Part shown: piece by piece, positions 1 through 7,470 of the stretch | How positions within the stretch are numbered: position 1 is the first letter of the stretch | Layout of the letters: every line of letters starts with the position of its first letter | Virus record (IMG/VR): IMGVR_UViG_3300025751_000034 | Coordinates: 1 to 47,373 of that record | DNA length: 47,373 nucleotides | Strand: one strand, 5' to 3' | Source: a virus | Taxonomy: Duplodnaviria; Caudoviricetes | Translations under genes and position numbers: made by a program | Notes under the pieces: model-generated | Seen by the model: only the letters and a program-made list of their open reading frames with translations | Told to the model about the DNA's origin: nothing | Database searches by the model: none

Positions 1-93
1 TACGGAGACCTCCAAGGCTTGCAAGACTGCCTTGAAGCAGATACGCACTTTGGAATCTTCGTTGATACCGAGAACATCGAAACTGACTACAGC

Positions 94-133
94 GCACAAT
101 AAACAGGAAACGAAAGACGTTATCACTATAGAA
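94..133 (+). promoter_or_regulatory. Early promoter-like motif, copy 1
   Basis: CACAATAA at 95, CGTTATCACTATAGAA at 118; upstream of ardC. Confidence 0.75.
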
Positions 134-172
134 CACGGGGAGGCAAAGGGTCTCCCCACAAATCCAATTCAA

Positions 173-1087
173 ATGAAGAAGAAAGTAGATGTTTACCAGA
201 AAGTTACCGACCGCATCGTAGCTGGGTTGCAAACCAAAGGTCTCCAATGGTTCAAGCCATGGAGCATTAGCGGGAGCGGGTGCATCGAGCACCCCATCAA
301 CAACGCCACAGGCCGAGCCTACACTGGCATCAATGAGCTGTTCCTCACCATCCATGGGCAGGAGCAAGGATACGAGCACAATGAGTGGCTCACCTTCAAG
401 CAGGCTCAAGCCAAGGGAGGCAGTGTCCGCAAGGGAGAGTCAGGCACCGAGATTGTGTTCTGGAACATCGTCTTCAGGGGCGAGGATGGCAAGTTCTACC
501 GCAAGGTTCAGGACATCCCTCAAGGCATGGCGTTCGACAAGATTTTCAGCCCACGATTGTGGAATGTCTTCAACATCGCTCAGTGCGACGATATCGAGCC
601 ACGACGAGAGAAGGTCGAGCCTAGCGGAGACTTCAATCCCATCGAGGAGGCTGAGGCAGTGTACGCTGTCAAGTACCCTAAGAAGCATCGCCCAACGTTG
701 GCTCACGGCGGAGCGAGCGCTTTCTACAGCCCAAGCAAGCACCATGTGCAGATGCCCAAGCCTGAGACGTTCGTCACCAACGATGACTACTACAAGACGC
801 TGTTCCACGAGTTGGTGCACAGCACAGGCCACGAGACCATCCTCAAGCGATTGGAGAAGGTAGCGGCATTCGGCTCCGAGGCATACAGCAAGGAGGAGTT
901 GGTGGCTGAGATTGGTGCTCAGTTCCTCGTAGGCCTGACAGGTATTCAGCCCAAGGACGATGAGGCCAACAGCCAAGCCTACATCAACGGATGGGTAAAG
1001 AAGCTACAGGACAAGCCGAAGATGGCTCTGTCAGCGGCAAACAAGGCTATGAAAGCCGTGAACTTCATCATGAGGGACGAGGAGTAA
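173..1087 (+). CDS. ardC: ArdC-like antirestriction protein (ArdC-N ssDNA-binding domain + zincin-like metallopeptidase)
   Basis: VYQKVTDRIV, W.KPW, N..TGRAYTGIN, WLTFKQAQ..GG.VRKGE, then AFYSP..H.VQMP, HELVHSTGH and YSKEELVAE. Start moved from TTG32 to ATG173, downstream of the promoter motif. Confidence 0.9.
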   Translation: MKKKVDVYQKVTDRIVAGLQTKGLQWFKPWSISGSGCIEHPINNATGRAYTGINELFLTIHGQEQGYEHNEWLTFKQAQAKGGSVRKGESGTEIVFWNIVFRGEDGKFYRKVQDIPQGMAFDKIFSPRLWNVFNIAQCDDIEPRREKVEPSGDFNPIEEAEAVYAVKYPKKHRPTLAHGGASAFYSPSKHHVQMPKPETFVTNDDYYKTLFHELVHSTGHETILKRLEKVAAFGSEAYSKEELVAEIGAQFLVGLTGIQPKDDEANSQAYINGWVKKLQDKPKMALSAANKAMKAVNFIMRDEE

Positions 1088-1099
1088 TCCTCCCCTCTT

Positions 1100-1147
1100 G
1101 GGGCAGGCGATGGCTCGCTTGCATCAGGTTCGATTCCTGACTGCCCA
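1100..1147 (+). ncRNA. Miniature tRNA-like element (acceptor-like stem, one hairpin, canonical T-arm)
   Basis: GGGCAG(1101-1106)/CTGCCC(1141-1146) stem; TCAGG-TTCGATT-CCTGA T-arm; only about 17 nt in between. Confidence 0.5.
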
Positions 1148-1154
1148 CAAAGCG

Positions 1155-1215
1155 TTAACAGATTTTTACAAGTAGGACACAATAAACCCAAAACTAAATC
1201 CGTTCTACTATCAAA
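1155..1215 (+). promoter_or_regulatory. Early promoter-like motif, copy 2, with upstream TTAACA/TTTACA tandem box
   Basis: TTAACA 1155, TTTACA 1165, CACAATAA 1178, CGTT 1201. Confidence 0.7.
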
Positions 1216-1225
1216 CACAGACACT

Positions 1226-1462
1226 ATGAAAGGATACCCATGCACCCCAATCGAGTACGCGAGCCGCCCCTACAAGGGAGTTATCAACCTGAACGAGGCA
1301 TTCGTGGCCACCATCCAGTTCTACACAGGTAAGGGCTACACAGGGCTGTTCGATGTGACTAACAGGTTCAACAACCAAGCGCACATGGACAACTACATCA
1401 ACCTGATGTGCCGTAAGAAGGGATGGAGTCTCGATGAAGTATGGATGCTTCGCAACATCTAA
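1226..1462 (+). CDS. Hypothetical early protein
   Basis: 78-aa ORF directly after a promoter motif, codon style like neighbours. Confidence 0.7.
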   Translation: MKGYPCTPIEYASRPYKGVINLNEAFVATIQFYTGKGYTGLFDVTNRFNNQAHMDNYINLMCRKKGWSLDEVWMLRNI

Positions 1463-1477
1463 AAAAAATCAGTCCGC

Positions 1478-1517
1478 GCACAATAACAAGAAACTCTTCT
1501 GCGTTATTACTATAGAA
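1478..1517 (+). promoter_or_regulatory. Early promoter-like motif, copy 3
   Basis: CACAATAA 1479, CGTTATTACTATAGAA 1502; A-tract upstream. Confidence 0.75.
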
Positions 1518-1537
1518 GCCACTAAAAGAAAAGAAAT

Positions 1538-1831
1538 ATGGGACAGAAAGCAATTCAAATAGACACAATGACCTGCGGACAGCAGTTCCTCCCTGCAATC
1601 TTCAACGGAGACGTTGAGTGCCTGAGCGCACACGAAGAGTTCCTCTTGGAGCGTGAGATTGGGTGGTACAACGCGCAGGGAGAGGAGGACTATCCAGACT
1701 TCGTCAGCATCGAGTTCGAGTGCACCTCAAGCGAGCGACACATCTGCGGATGTGACTTGACGGGACTCCTTAGTGAGTGCGTAGAGGTGAAGGTCTTCGT
1801 GTACCTCAACGAGAACTACGTGAAAGATTAA
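1538..1831 (+). CDS. Hypothetical acidic early protein
   Basis: 97-aa ORF after motif, A-rich leader. Confidence 0.7.
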   Translation: MGQKAIQIDTMTCGQQFLPAIFNGDVECLSAHEEFLLEREIGWYNAQGEEDYPDFVSIEFECTSSERHICGCDLTGLLSECVEVKVFVYLNENYVKD

Positions 1832-1888
1832 CAGCCGTTAACAAACCAAGCACAATAACAGCAAACCTGCCGCGTTATTACTAAAGAA
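1828..1888 (+). promoter_or_regulatory. Early promoter-like motif, copy 4, with TTAACA tandem box
   Basis: TTAACA 1828 and 1838, CACAATAA 1851, CGTTATTACTAAAGAA 1873. Confidence 0.75.
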
Positions 1889-1915
1889 AGCAGTTCAATT
1901 TAATCCTTTTACATT

Positions 1916-3127
1916 ATGCAAGACAACGCATTGACACCCCAAGCCAAAGAAGTAATCCGCAATGCCGCGCGATTCGCAACGAACCTTGAGAACCACCAGT
2001 ACGGCATCCGTCGGCGAATCCTCAACAAATACATCGAGGACACGTCAGATTCCATGGGGCGTATCAAGCACGACTACAACTACGTGCAGACTCCTGAGTT
2101 CAAGATGGCATTTAGCAAGGTCATCATGAAGGTCATCCCAGCCGAACTCTACGATGCCTGCAAGCAGTTCGCTGAACTCGCACCTGTAGACAACTGGGGC
2201 TACCTCACCGACGAGGCATCCGATGTCATCCGTGAGTTCAACAAGGACAGGCGTTACAGCGAGACGGTTAGCGAGTACCGCTTGAAGGACATGGTCGAGG
2301 AGGTTATGAACCCAAGGCTCGACAACAGCATAGCTCGTGAGTATATGGAGAATCAGGCCAAGAGCATGAAGCGAGCTACTTACCTCAAGAAGGTCAAGGA
2401 GGGTGACCCGCTCCGCGCAGGCTTGTCCGACGAGCAGACGTGCTACGAGTTCACGGATGCTATGTTCGACAATCACACCGACGTGTTCAGCGACGTTCTG
2501 TTCATCGGTCACCAACTCCGAGTTGTGAAGAACTCAGATGGCAACTACGATATCGAGAAGCTGAACGGCAAGTGGGTATACATCTCATCCCGTGAAACCT
2601 TGACCGAGTGCATCTTCGAGTTGGCTGATGCGCTACGATACATCGAGAGGTACGCTGTTGATAGTGCTGTCCAAAACTCCGAGCGAGGCTTGCCAATCCA
2701 AGACAGTCGATTCACTGCCGACGAGGTACGACAGCTCGCCGAGGCACGAGGCATCGTGTTGCCCGAGCAGAAGACTTTCTCGGTCATCAAGACCAAGTCT
2801 TGGAAGTCTGTTGAGTCTGTGACCTGTGAGTCTGTGACCGAGCGCACAGATGTGGTCAAGGTCATCGCCGCAGGCCTCACCTTCGAGCAGGCGGACAAGC
2901 TGCGCGAGGCTCTCAACCTGACCGAGCACAAGGCAACCGTTCTCGAACGTGCCAAGCGTCGTCAGAAGAGCGCGGAGGAATCCCTCAAGGCCGCCAAGGA
3001 GGAAGTTTCCGAGGCAATGACAGCTTACCTCAGGTCAGTCCAAGGTGTCGCAGAAGTGCGCAAGGCCGCTGGTCTCGACCCTGAAGTGAACGTTGAGACA
3101 GAAGAAAAAGTGGAGGTAGCACAATAA
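1916..3127 (+). CDS. Hypothetical early protein with C-terminal coiled coil
   Basis: 403-aa ORF, strong codon bias, no recognised family. Confidence 0.8.
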   Translation: MQDNALTPQAKEVIRNAARFATNLENHQYGIRRRILNKYIEDTSDSMGRIKHDYNYVQTPEFKMAFSKVIMKVIPAELYDACKQFAELAPVDNWGYLTDEASDVIREFNKDRRYSETVSEYRLKDMVEEVMNPRLDNSIAREYMENQAKSMKRATYLKKVKEGDPLRAGLSDEQTCYEFTDAMFDNHTDVFSDVLFIGHQLRVVKNSDGNYDIEKLNGKWVYISSRETLTECIFELADALRYIERYAVDSAVQNSERGLPIQDSRFTADEVRQLAEARGIVLPEQKTFSVIKTKSWKSVESVTCESVTERTDVVKVIAAGLTFEQADKLREALNLTEHKATVLERAKRRQKSAEESLKAAKEEVSEAMTAYLRSVQGVAEVRKAAGLDPEVNVETEEKVEVAQ

Positions 3128-3158
3128 GTGCTACTTCCTCACCGTTATAACTGTAGAA
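3119..3158 (+). promoter_or_regulatory. Early promoter-like motif, copy 5 (overlaps stop codon; inside an inverted repeat)
   Basis: CACAATAA 3120, CGTTATAACTGTAGAA 3143. Confidence 0.7.
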
Positions 3159-3179
3159 ACCTTTAAAACCTTATCAATT

Positions 3180-3674
3180 ATGGGATTAGATATGTTTTTG
3201 TACCGAGTGCACAACGTGCGCAATTGGGGTGGAGCAAACGAGAACTCATCCAACAAGAAGCAGTACGCTGTCGGGGTTGAGTTAAACTACAAGCCGGTAC
3301 CATTCATTGGTAGCATCGGAGAGATTCACGAGATTACCGAGGAGGTCATGTGCTGGAGGAAGGCGAACGCTATTCACAAGTGGTTTGTTGATAACGTTCA
3401 AGACGGAGAGGATGACTGCCGAAGTGCATACGTCTCCCTCGATAAGATTCAGGAGCTACGAACCCTGTGTCTGTCAGTGTTGCTTAACCGAGAGCGAGCA
3501 CCTGAGTTGCTACCATGCGTGGAAGGGTTCTTCTTCGGAGGGACAGAGTACGATGAGTACTACTTCGAAGACCTTGAGAACACGGCCAAGGTGATAGAGA
3601 AGATAGTGAATGATGCTATCAAGGCGAAGCAACAGAAGCATTCAATGTACCTAGAATACAGGTCGTCATGGTAG
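3180..3674 (+). CDS. Conserved phage protein of unknown function (MGLDM...WRKANAIH.WF...GFFFG family)
   Basis: Motifs MGLDMFL, WRKANAIHKWFV, LLP...GFFFGGTEYDEYY, Y.SSW. Confidence 0.8.
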   Translation: MGLDMFLYRVHNVRNWGGANENSSNKKQYAVGVELNYKPVPFIGSIGEIHEITEEVMCWRKANAIHKWFVDNVQDGEDDCRSAYVSLDKIQELRTLCLSVLLNRERAPELLPCVEGFFFGGTEYDEYYFEDLENTAKVIEKIVNDAIKAKQQKHSMYLEYRSSW

Positions 3675-3811
3675 TAGATAGAGAGCGATATATGATGGAG
3701 TTGTGGAGCGCGATTGTGTCTCCCTCTCCCTCGCTCCCCGACTACGTAACTGAATGCAGATGCTTGGACTTCGAGGTAAAGCTGAGCCTCGGATGGCCTG
3801 ACCCTCGTTAA
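3668..3811 (+). CDS. Small hypothetical protein (47 aa, MVVDRERYMMELW...)
   Basis: Translated by hand; fills the gap between the upstream gene and the next promoter; below the ORF-track cutoff. Confidence 0.45.
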   Translation: MVVDRERYMMELWSAIVSPSPSLPDYVTECRCLDFEVKLSLGWPDPR

Positions 3812-3868
3812 CATCGGTTAACAATCTCAGCACAATAAACAGAAACCCGTGGCGTTAATACTATAGAA
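3808..3868 (+). promoter_or_regulatory. Early promoter-like motif, copy 6, with TTAACA tandem box
   Basis: TTAACA 3808 and 3818, CACAATAA 3831, CGTTAATACTATAGAA 3853. Confidence 0.75.
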
Positions 3869-3887
3869 CCCACATAATTTAATTCAC

Positions 3888-4103
3888 ATGAGCAAACCAA
3901 TGGAACTTACCACATCGATAATGATGTACGAAAACGGAGAGATAAATGAGGTCAACGATGTACTTGAGCTGTTCTCAGCACTCATCAAGACAGGGTTGGC
4001 TTGGCAACTCCAAGGCTTCTTCGGAAGGACTGCCCGACACCTGATTGACATCAATGCAATCGCCGAAGACGGCACAATAATTTACGAAGAGCTGCCGTTC
4101 TAA
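3888..4103 (+). CDS. Conserved small phage protein (LI.TG.AW.LQG.FGR.A motif)
   Basis: 71 aa; motif recalled from phage early proteins. Confidence 0.75.
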   Translation: MSKPMELTTSIMMYENGEINEVNDVLELFSALIKTGLAWQLQGFFGRTARHLIDINAIAEDGTIIYEELPF

Positions 4104-4111
4104 CTATAGAA
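4072..4111 (+). promoter_or_regulatory. Early promoter-like motif, copy 7 (inside the 3' end of a CDS)
   Basis: CACAATAA 4073, CGTTCTAACTATAGAA 4096. Confidence 0.7.
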
Positions 4112-4132
4112 ACACCACAAAAACAATTCACC

Positions 4133-4426
4133 ATGAGCTACGAATCATTTAAGAACAAAGAGACATGGCTACTCAATGTGTGGGGATACCTAGACGAGAT
4201 TGCCAACGAGTGGATAGAGACAGAGAAGCCGACAGGAGCAAAGCCTATGAGCATCTCAGCTGACTACTGCCTAGAGTCATTCACTTGGATGGTAGACCAC
4301 ACCTTGAAGAAGCTACCCAATGGAATCATAGCTGACTTCGTTAACGATAGTATCAGCACCATTGATTGGAGGGAGGTTGCCGAGAGCGTCAAGGACATTG
4401 TAATAGAGCAGGAGAATGACAGTTGA
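4133..4426 (+). CDS. Conserved small phage protein (N.ETW..N.W ... IDW.EVAE)
   Basis: 97 aa, follows promoter motif. Confidence 0.75.
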   Translation: MSYESFKNKETWLLNVWGYLDEIANEWIETEKPTGAKPMSISADYCLESFTWMVDHTLKKLPNGIIADFVNDSISTIDWREVAESVKDIVIEQENDS

Positions 4427-4628
4427 GGAGCTAAAGAAAAAGTACCTGATAGGGTACCACACATCGGTAGTACAGATAGACTGTATCGCAATGCTTGATA
4501 AGGATTGGATAAAACTATTCACCGATTCATTGGACGAGTGTCCGCAGCGTAAAGGCGTAGTCCTAGACTGTATAGAGTACAAGTTTAATGAGCTGACCCA
4601 GAAAAAAAATTCGGACACAGCACAATAA
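4416..4628 (+). CDS. Hypothetical protein
   Basis: 70 aa, overlaps the upstream stop. Confidence 0.6.
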   Translation: MTVEELKKKYLIGYHTSVVQIDCIAMLDKDWIKLFTDSLDECPQRKGVVLDCIEYKFNELTQKKNSDTAQ

Positions 4629-4659
4629 ACAGAAACCAAAGACCGTTAAGTAGTTGTAA
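4620..4659 (+). promoter_or_regulatory. Early promoter-like motif, copy 8 (overlaps stop codon)
   Basis: CACAATAA 4621, CGTTAA 4644; A-tract upstream. Confidence 0.65.
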
Positions 4660-4675
4660 TCAAAATCAAGTAAAC

Positions 4676-4903
4676 ATGAGTAAAGAAAACAATCGAGGCT
4701 TCAGCCTCAGCGCAAACGCAGGAACCAAGTCAGGAGTTCTGCAAATCGAAGTGGGCAACACCATCCTATCAGTGACAACCATCAACGGAGTGAACGAGAT
4801 GGTAGTGTTCAGCAAGGATAGCAATGACACCATCACTGAGCGCAAGGCAGTGACAGACTTTAGTGATGTCATCCACATGATATGGAACCTAGAAAGACTT
4901 TGA
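4676..4903 (+). CDS. Hypothetical protein
   Basis: 75 aa after motif. Confidence 0.65.
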   Translation: MSKENNRGFSLSANAGTKSGVLQIEVGNTILSVTTINGVNEMVVFSKDSNDTITERKAVTDFSDVIHMIWNLERL

Positions 4904-4906
4904 GCC

Positions 4907-4996
4907 ATGAGCAATAAAAAGTTTCAGTACGACGTTGTCTATTACACAACAGCAGCAATGATATTCACCTTAATCCTAATCATAATCCTAAGCTAA
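4907..4996 (+). CDS. 29-aa single-TM membrane peptide (MSNKKFQYDVVYYTTAAMIFTLILIIILS)
   Basis: Starts 3 nt after the upstream stop; TAATG overlap with the next gene; hydrophobic C-terminal half. Confidence 0.55.
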   Translation: MSNKKFQYDVVYYTTAAMIFTLILIIILS

Positions 4997-5211
4997 TGAA
5001 AGCCCAAGAAACAATCAGCGGAGTGTCTGTACAGCGACAGTTCCAACTCCATGACAGCGAGACCGTATGTAAGCTGTTCCTCAATATCTGTAAGCAGTAC
5101 GACCTCGGTAACATAACCGAAGGAGAGTTCGTTCAGAAGTGTATGATGCTCAACGACGATGCGGAGAACCTAGGCCTTGTGAACGACCCTTTTAAAGCTT
5201 GGGAATCATGA
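4996..5211 (+). CDS. Hypothetical protein
   Basis: 71 aa, translationally coupled. Confidence 0.6.
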   Translation: MKAQETISGVSVQRQFQLHDSETVCKLFLNICKQYDLGNITEGEFVQKCMMLNDDAENLGLVNDPFKAWES

Positions 5212-5249
5212 GGGCATACAAAATGTTTAAAACTTTATGCGCTAATCTG

Positions 5250-5280
5250 TTGAAAAGCTCAAAAAAAACCTCGAACTTTG
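5250..5280 (+). promoter_or_regulatory. Possible Bacteroidota primary-sigma promoter for the recombination/replication genes
   Basis: TTG(5250)-20 nt-GAACTTTG, one mismatch to TAnnTTTG, in an AT-rich gap. Confidence 0.4.
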
Positions 5281-5324
5281 TAAACACACAGCAAGCAGAC
5301 AAGCAAGTGTACAGCAATCTTGTC

Positions 5325-5492
5325 ATGAGGCAGAGTGTATTGTTAGACGAGTACGAAGACTTAATAAAAGCATATGATGAACAGCTTCTTAAAATTACCG
5401 CTGATGGTAGTATTATTAATCCTGATACTGATACTTCAGCCACTAGTAGACCTTCAGAAACTACTAGCAAGGATAGCCGAGACAATTGTTAA
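5325..5492 (+). CDS. Hypothetical protein (probable start ATG5325)
   Basis: 3' part of ORF 5199..5492, downstream of the putative promoter. Confidence 0.4.
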   Translation: MRQSVLLDEYEDLIKAYDEQLLKITADGSIINPDTDTSATSRPSETTSKDSRDNC

Positions 5493-5509
5493 CCATTAAT
5501 TCAGTACAA

Positions 5510-6049
5510 ATGAGTACCCATAAATTCAAGACCACAAACATTCGTGGTAAGCAGTACGTTGAAGTCAACGAACGCATTAAATTCTTCCGAAACGAAGAGC
5601 AGTACAAGAACTGGACTATCTCAACAGATATAACAGTCACGGATGATAGGGAAGAGTGCATATGTAAATGTGTAATCGGTGACCCTGAGCAGCGAGTCAT
5701 AGCCACTGGTCATGCACATGAGGTGAAGGCATCGAGCAACATCAACAAGACATCTTTCATTGAGAACTGCGAAACATCAGCAGTGGGACGTGCCTTGGCA
5801 ATGATGGGAATCGGAATCGACACTAGCATTGCTTCAGCTAACGAGGTAAAGGATGCAATCGCAAAGCAAGATGCTCCTGCACCAGCAAAGAAGGAACAGC
5901 CTACCACTGAGCAGGACTATCAGAAGGCAGTCACATTCCTTAAGAATGCAGTAGACCGTGCTGAAGCATGGAGTAAGATTGAAAAGCAATGCAAGGCTAA
6001 GTTTAATGATGAGCAGTACAACAAGCTCGTCGAATACGTAAAAGCATAA
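5510..6049 (+). CDS. Putative single-strand annealing recombinase (Rad52/Sak-like)
   Basis: GK.YV.V.ERI, ATGHAHE, ENCETSAVGRAL motifs; adjacent to an exonuclease. Confidence 0.65.
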   Translation: MSTHKFKTTNIRGKQYVEVNERIKFFRNEEQYKNWTISTDITVTDDREECICKCVIGDPEQRVIATGHAHEVKASSNINKTSFIENCETSAVGRALAMMGIGIDTSIASANEVKDAIAKQDAPAPAKKEQPTTEQDYQKAVTFLKNAVDRAEAWSKIEKQCKAKFNDEQYNKLVEYVKA

Positions 6050-6813
6050 TGCTTAGCATCAAGCTCGCAGAGTCAGTAGGTAAGGGTCACCTATCGTACA
6101 GCTCCATCAAGTACGCGCTTCAAGACATGAAGCTGTGGGAGATGTACATGAGAGGTCAGCTCTTTAAGGAGAGTGAGGCTCTTACCTTCGGAAGTATGTA
6201 CGACTGCCTTCTCTTCACTCCAGAAGACTTCGACAAGCAGTTCATGGTGCTCAATGACAGCACTAAATGTGAGGAGATTGGTGGTCGTGCACCACGTATG
6301 ACCAATAAGTATAAAGCTTGGGTCAAAGACTTTCAAGAAGAAGCCGAGTCCAAAGGAGTAAAGCTCATTGGTGAGGATGACTTCAAGAAGGCACAAGAGA
6401 TGATTGAACGACTCAAGGTGAGTGGTGTGTTGGAGACGTACTTAATTGGCGACTATCAACATGAGTTCAATCAGGAGATTAACGGTGTACCTGTTCGGGG
6501 ATTCTTAGACTGCCTAAACAAAGAGTACATCAGCGACCACAAGACTACCCGAAGCTTGAATCAATTCCGGTATGCTGTTAGGGACTATGGCTATGACATC
6601 CAAGCCTACATCTACTGCACCGTGCTCGGTCTCGACAAGTTCTATTGGGTAGCGCAGGAGAAGGCCTACCCTTTCGCCATCGGCGTTTACGAGGCAAGCG
6701 AAGAAACAATTGCGAACGGAGAGGTCAAGTTTAACAAGGCAGTAGAGAGAATATCAAACTACTTGGACAATAACATTGACACTGAGACGTTCTTCATAAA
6801 AGGAATCATCTAA
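6049..6813 (+). CDS. RecE/exonuclease VIII-like PD-(D/E)XK nuclease (DUF3799-like)
   Basis: LSYSSIK, FGS.YD, RGFLD, D.KTT, YGYDIQAYIY, QEK..PF. Confidence 0.8.
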   Translation: MLSIKLAESVGKGHLSYSSIKYALQDMKLWEMYMRGQLFKESEALTFGSMYDCLLFTPEDFDKQFMVLNDSTKCEEIGGRAPRMTNKYKAWVKDFQEEAESKGVKLIGEDDFKKAQEMIERLKVSGVLETYLIGDYQHEFNQEINGVPVRGFLDCLNKEYISDHKTTRSLNQFRYAVRDYGYDIQAYIYCTVLGLDKFYWVAQEKAYPFAIGVYEASEETIANGEVKFNKAVERISNYLDNNIDTETFFIKGII

Positions 6814-7082
6814 TGACAGCTAACGAACTCATAGTAAAATCAAGTTTGCACTTTGGAATTGACGTAGCTCAACCATGTGCATTTGGAAAGGGTGCTTTTT
6901 CCGAGCGATGCATGACAGCATACTACGCAATCAAGGAACTACACATGCCTTACCGAGAGCTTGCTGATGCCATGGGTTCAGACAACATCGAACTTAGGTT
7001 GATGTGGCTTTACGCAGAAGGAAACATGGGAGTTGTACAATCCCGTAACCGGTACAAGGAATACATTTCAAACCTTAAATAA
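6813..7082 (+). CDS. Hypothetical protein (possible helical/HTH)
   Basis: 89 aa, TAATG coupling. Confidence 0.65.
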   Translation: MTANELIVKSSLHFGIDVAQPCAFGKGAFSERCMTAYYAIKELHMPYRELADAMGSDNIELRLMWLYAEGNMGVVQSRNRYKEYISNLK

Positions 7083-7091
7083 TTCACCATC

Positions 7092-7355
7092 ATGGCTGAA
7101 AAAAAAGAAAACGTGTATGTGGGGTACACTAATTCCCCACGAGTAACTCAGCGTATCTCGTTTACGCTTGAGGAATTGGAGAACCTGAAGCAGTATGCTA
7201 CTGCAAAAGGTCGAGTATACATTGACGTGCTGTCCATCCCTGACCGGGAAGATGACCGTCGAATGAAAGCTTTCTGCTCTGTCTATGACCCTAACTCCGA
7301 GTCTGAGCAGAAGCGTAGAGTAGAAAAGCAGGTTGTTGAAGAACCTATTTTCTAA
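7092..7355 (+). CDS. Small putative ssDNA-binding protein
   Basis: Beta-rich core with acidic tail ending EEPIF; context next to SSAP/exonuclease. Confidence 0.5.
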   Translation: MAEKKENVYVGYTNSPRVTQRISFTLEELENLKQYATAKGRVYIDVLSIPDREDDRRMKAFCSVYDPNSESEQKRRVEKQVVEEPIF

Positions 7356-7364
7356 CTGATGATT

Positions 7365-7390
7365 GGGAGGGGGGTTCGCCCCCCCTCTTT
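7365..7390 (+). terminator. Intrinsic terminator-like hairpin
   Basis: GGGAGGGGGG-TTCGC-CCCCCCTCTTT. Confidence 0.65.
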
Positions 7391-7393
7391 CAT

Positions 7394-7467
7394 GCTCTCG
7401 TAGCTCAGGTGGATAGAGCATCTGCCTTCTAAGCAGACGGTCACAGGTTCGAATCCTGTCGGGAGTA
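7394..7467 (+). tRNA. tRNA-Arg (anticodon TCT)
   Basis: Acceptor GCTCTCG/CGGGAGT, D-arm GCTC..GAGC, anticodon arm TCTGC-CTTCTAA-GCAGA, T-arm ACAGG-TTCGAAT-CCTGT; CCA not encoded. Confidence 0.95.
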
Positions 7468-7470
7468 CAC

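Noticed and set aside
118-133. ACTATAGAA as an SP6/T7-type promoter
   Set aside because: Only the initiation-like octamer matches. The upstream specificity region differs, conservation is bipartite with a variable spacer, and no single-subunit RNA polymerase is seen.
137-157. Hairpin in the ardC leader as a riboswitch
   Set aside because: It is a single 8-bp stem with no aptamer features; at most a 5' stabiliser.
333-2955. Long alternative-frame and antisense ORFs in the early region, and similar shadow ORFs in the late arm
   Set aside because: They are shadows of codon-biased real genes, with no motifs or plausible starts.
94-4659. CRISPR array or integron attC array
   Set aside because: The repeats are degenerate, separated by whole genes, mostly non-palindromic, and no cas or integrase gene is present.
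7394-7467. Amber-suppressor tRNA or alternative genetic code
   Set aside because: The loop CTTCTAA centres on TCT, not CTA, and genes are intact under the standard code.
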